Source of the DNA: Fimicolochytrium jonesii
Lineage: Eukaryota
Assembly: GCF_025526975.1 (NCBI RefSeq)
Contig: NW_026515671.1
Location: 124,001-188,000, forward strand
Direction of reading: 5' to 3'
Length of the DNA: 64,000 nt
In this document: piece by piece, positions 63,401 to 64,000 of the stretch
Position numbering within the stretch: the stretch's first letter is position 1
Layout of the letters: every line of letters begins with the position of its first letter
Translations under genes and position numbers: made by a program
The notes under the pieces: generated by a model
The model's input: the letters and a program-made list of their open reading frames with translations, nothing else
The model's database searches: none
Told to the model about the DNA's origin: nothing

Positions 63401-64000
63401 TTTGACAAATTAGCTTCCCGAAGGTCACGATACTCTGAAATCAACGTCGGTTCATTTGGAAGGTGCGCCGACCGAAGCCTTGTCGAGCTCCGGCTGGGAC
63501 GCCATCGCTTTGGGTGGGACAAGTGGCAAGCTCCGCCATGCGATTAAGAAGGTAACGTTGAGCCCAAAACCGTTCAGCTAGCTGAGCAAAGTGAGCAATT
63601 GAATGAGGGGTACGCGAATCCCCGGCTATCTCCACCGAGCACGTACGACAAATTTTGCCGTATTAGAATGATGGTCTAAAGCGCTTTGCATATACACATT
63701 GTATCATTTCTTCGTTCAAAATAAACTCGCCGTGTATGTGATCGCTTTGTTGAAATCGCTGTTCCGTGGTTGTTCCGTGGACGGGGAGACCGTGGCCGAG
63801 CTCGCGCGCGCAGAACCTCAGCGCTCACATTCGGCAGACATGACTACGGGATGGGAGCTTTGTGCCATGGCGGCTGGCTCGTCGAGTACCGCTTTTCCCC
63901 TATCTACGCTTCCACTCGCATCTATTCGTTTCGCGCGAGTGGTGCAGAATGGGCTATGGATTGGTGAGCGGAGAGATGTGATATCGGAGTTGGTGGGTAT

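Overview
Gene-dense, intron-rich eukaryotic DNA (short GT-AG introns, GC-rich exons). It is most consistent with a zoosporic (chytrid-like) fungus, inferred from fungal PMT2/THI4/RVS161/YTP1 genes together with a class-A-type GPCR and a Cache/HAMP membrane cyclase. About 19 genes can be modelled: an RgpF-like putative glycosyltransferase, an ankyrin protein, MMS2, PMT2, a class III nucleotide cyclase, a GRAM/VASt lipid-transfer protein, CCT5, THI4, an amino-acid permease, an MFS transporter, YTP1, a BBE-like FAD oxidase, a tyrosinase, a CBM21 protein, an HFS-motif cell-surface protein, a GPCR, BAP31, an alpha/beta hydrolase, RVS161 and a SET methyltransferase. The window also holds a MITE, a Ty3/gypsy relic, a ~114-134 bp tandem repeat and several pseudogenes. 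The most novel signal is a family of related, sense-oriented, GCGAGC-hairpin-rich elements inside introns of four unrelated genes (PMT2, permease, YTP1, hydrolase), one with inverted repeats sitting exactly on its splice sites. All calls are made by eye from motifs; no searches were run.
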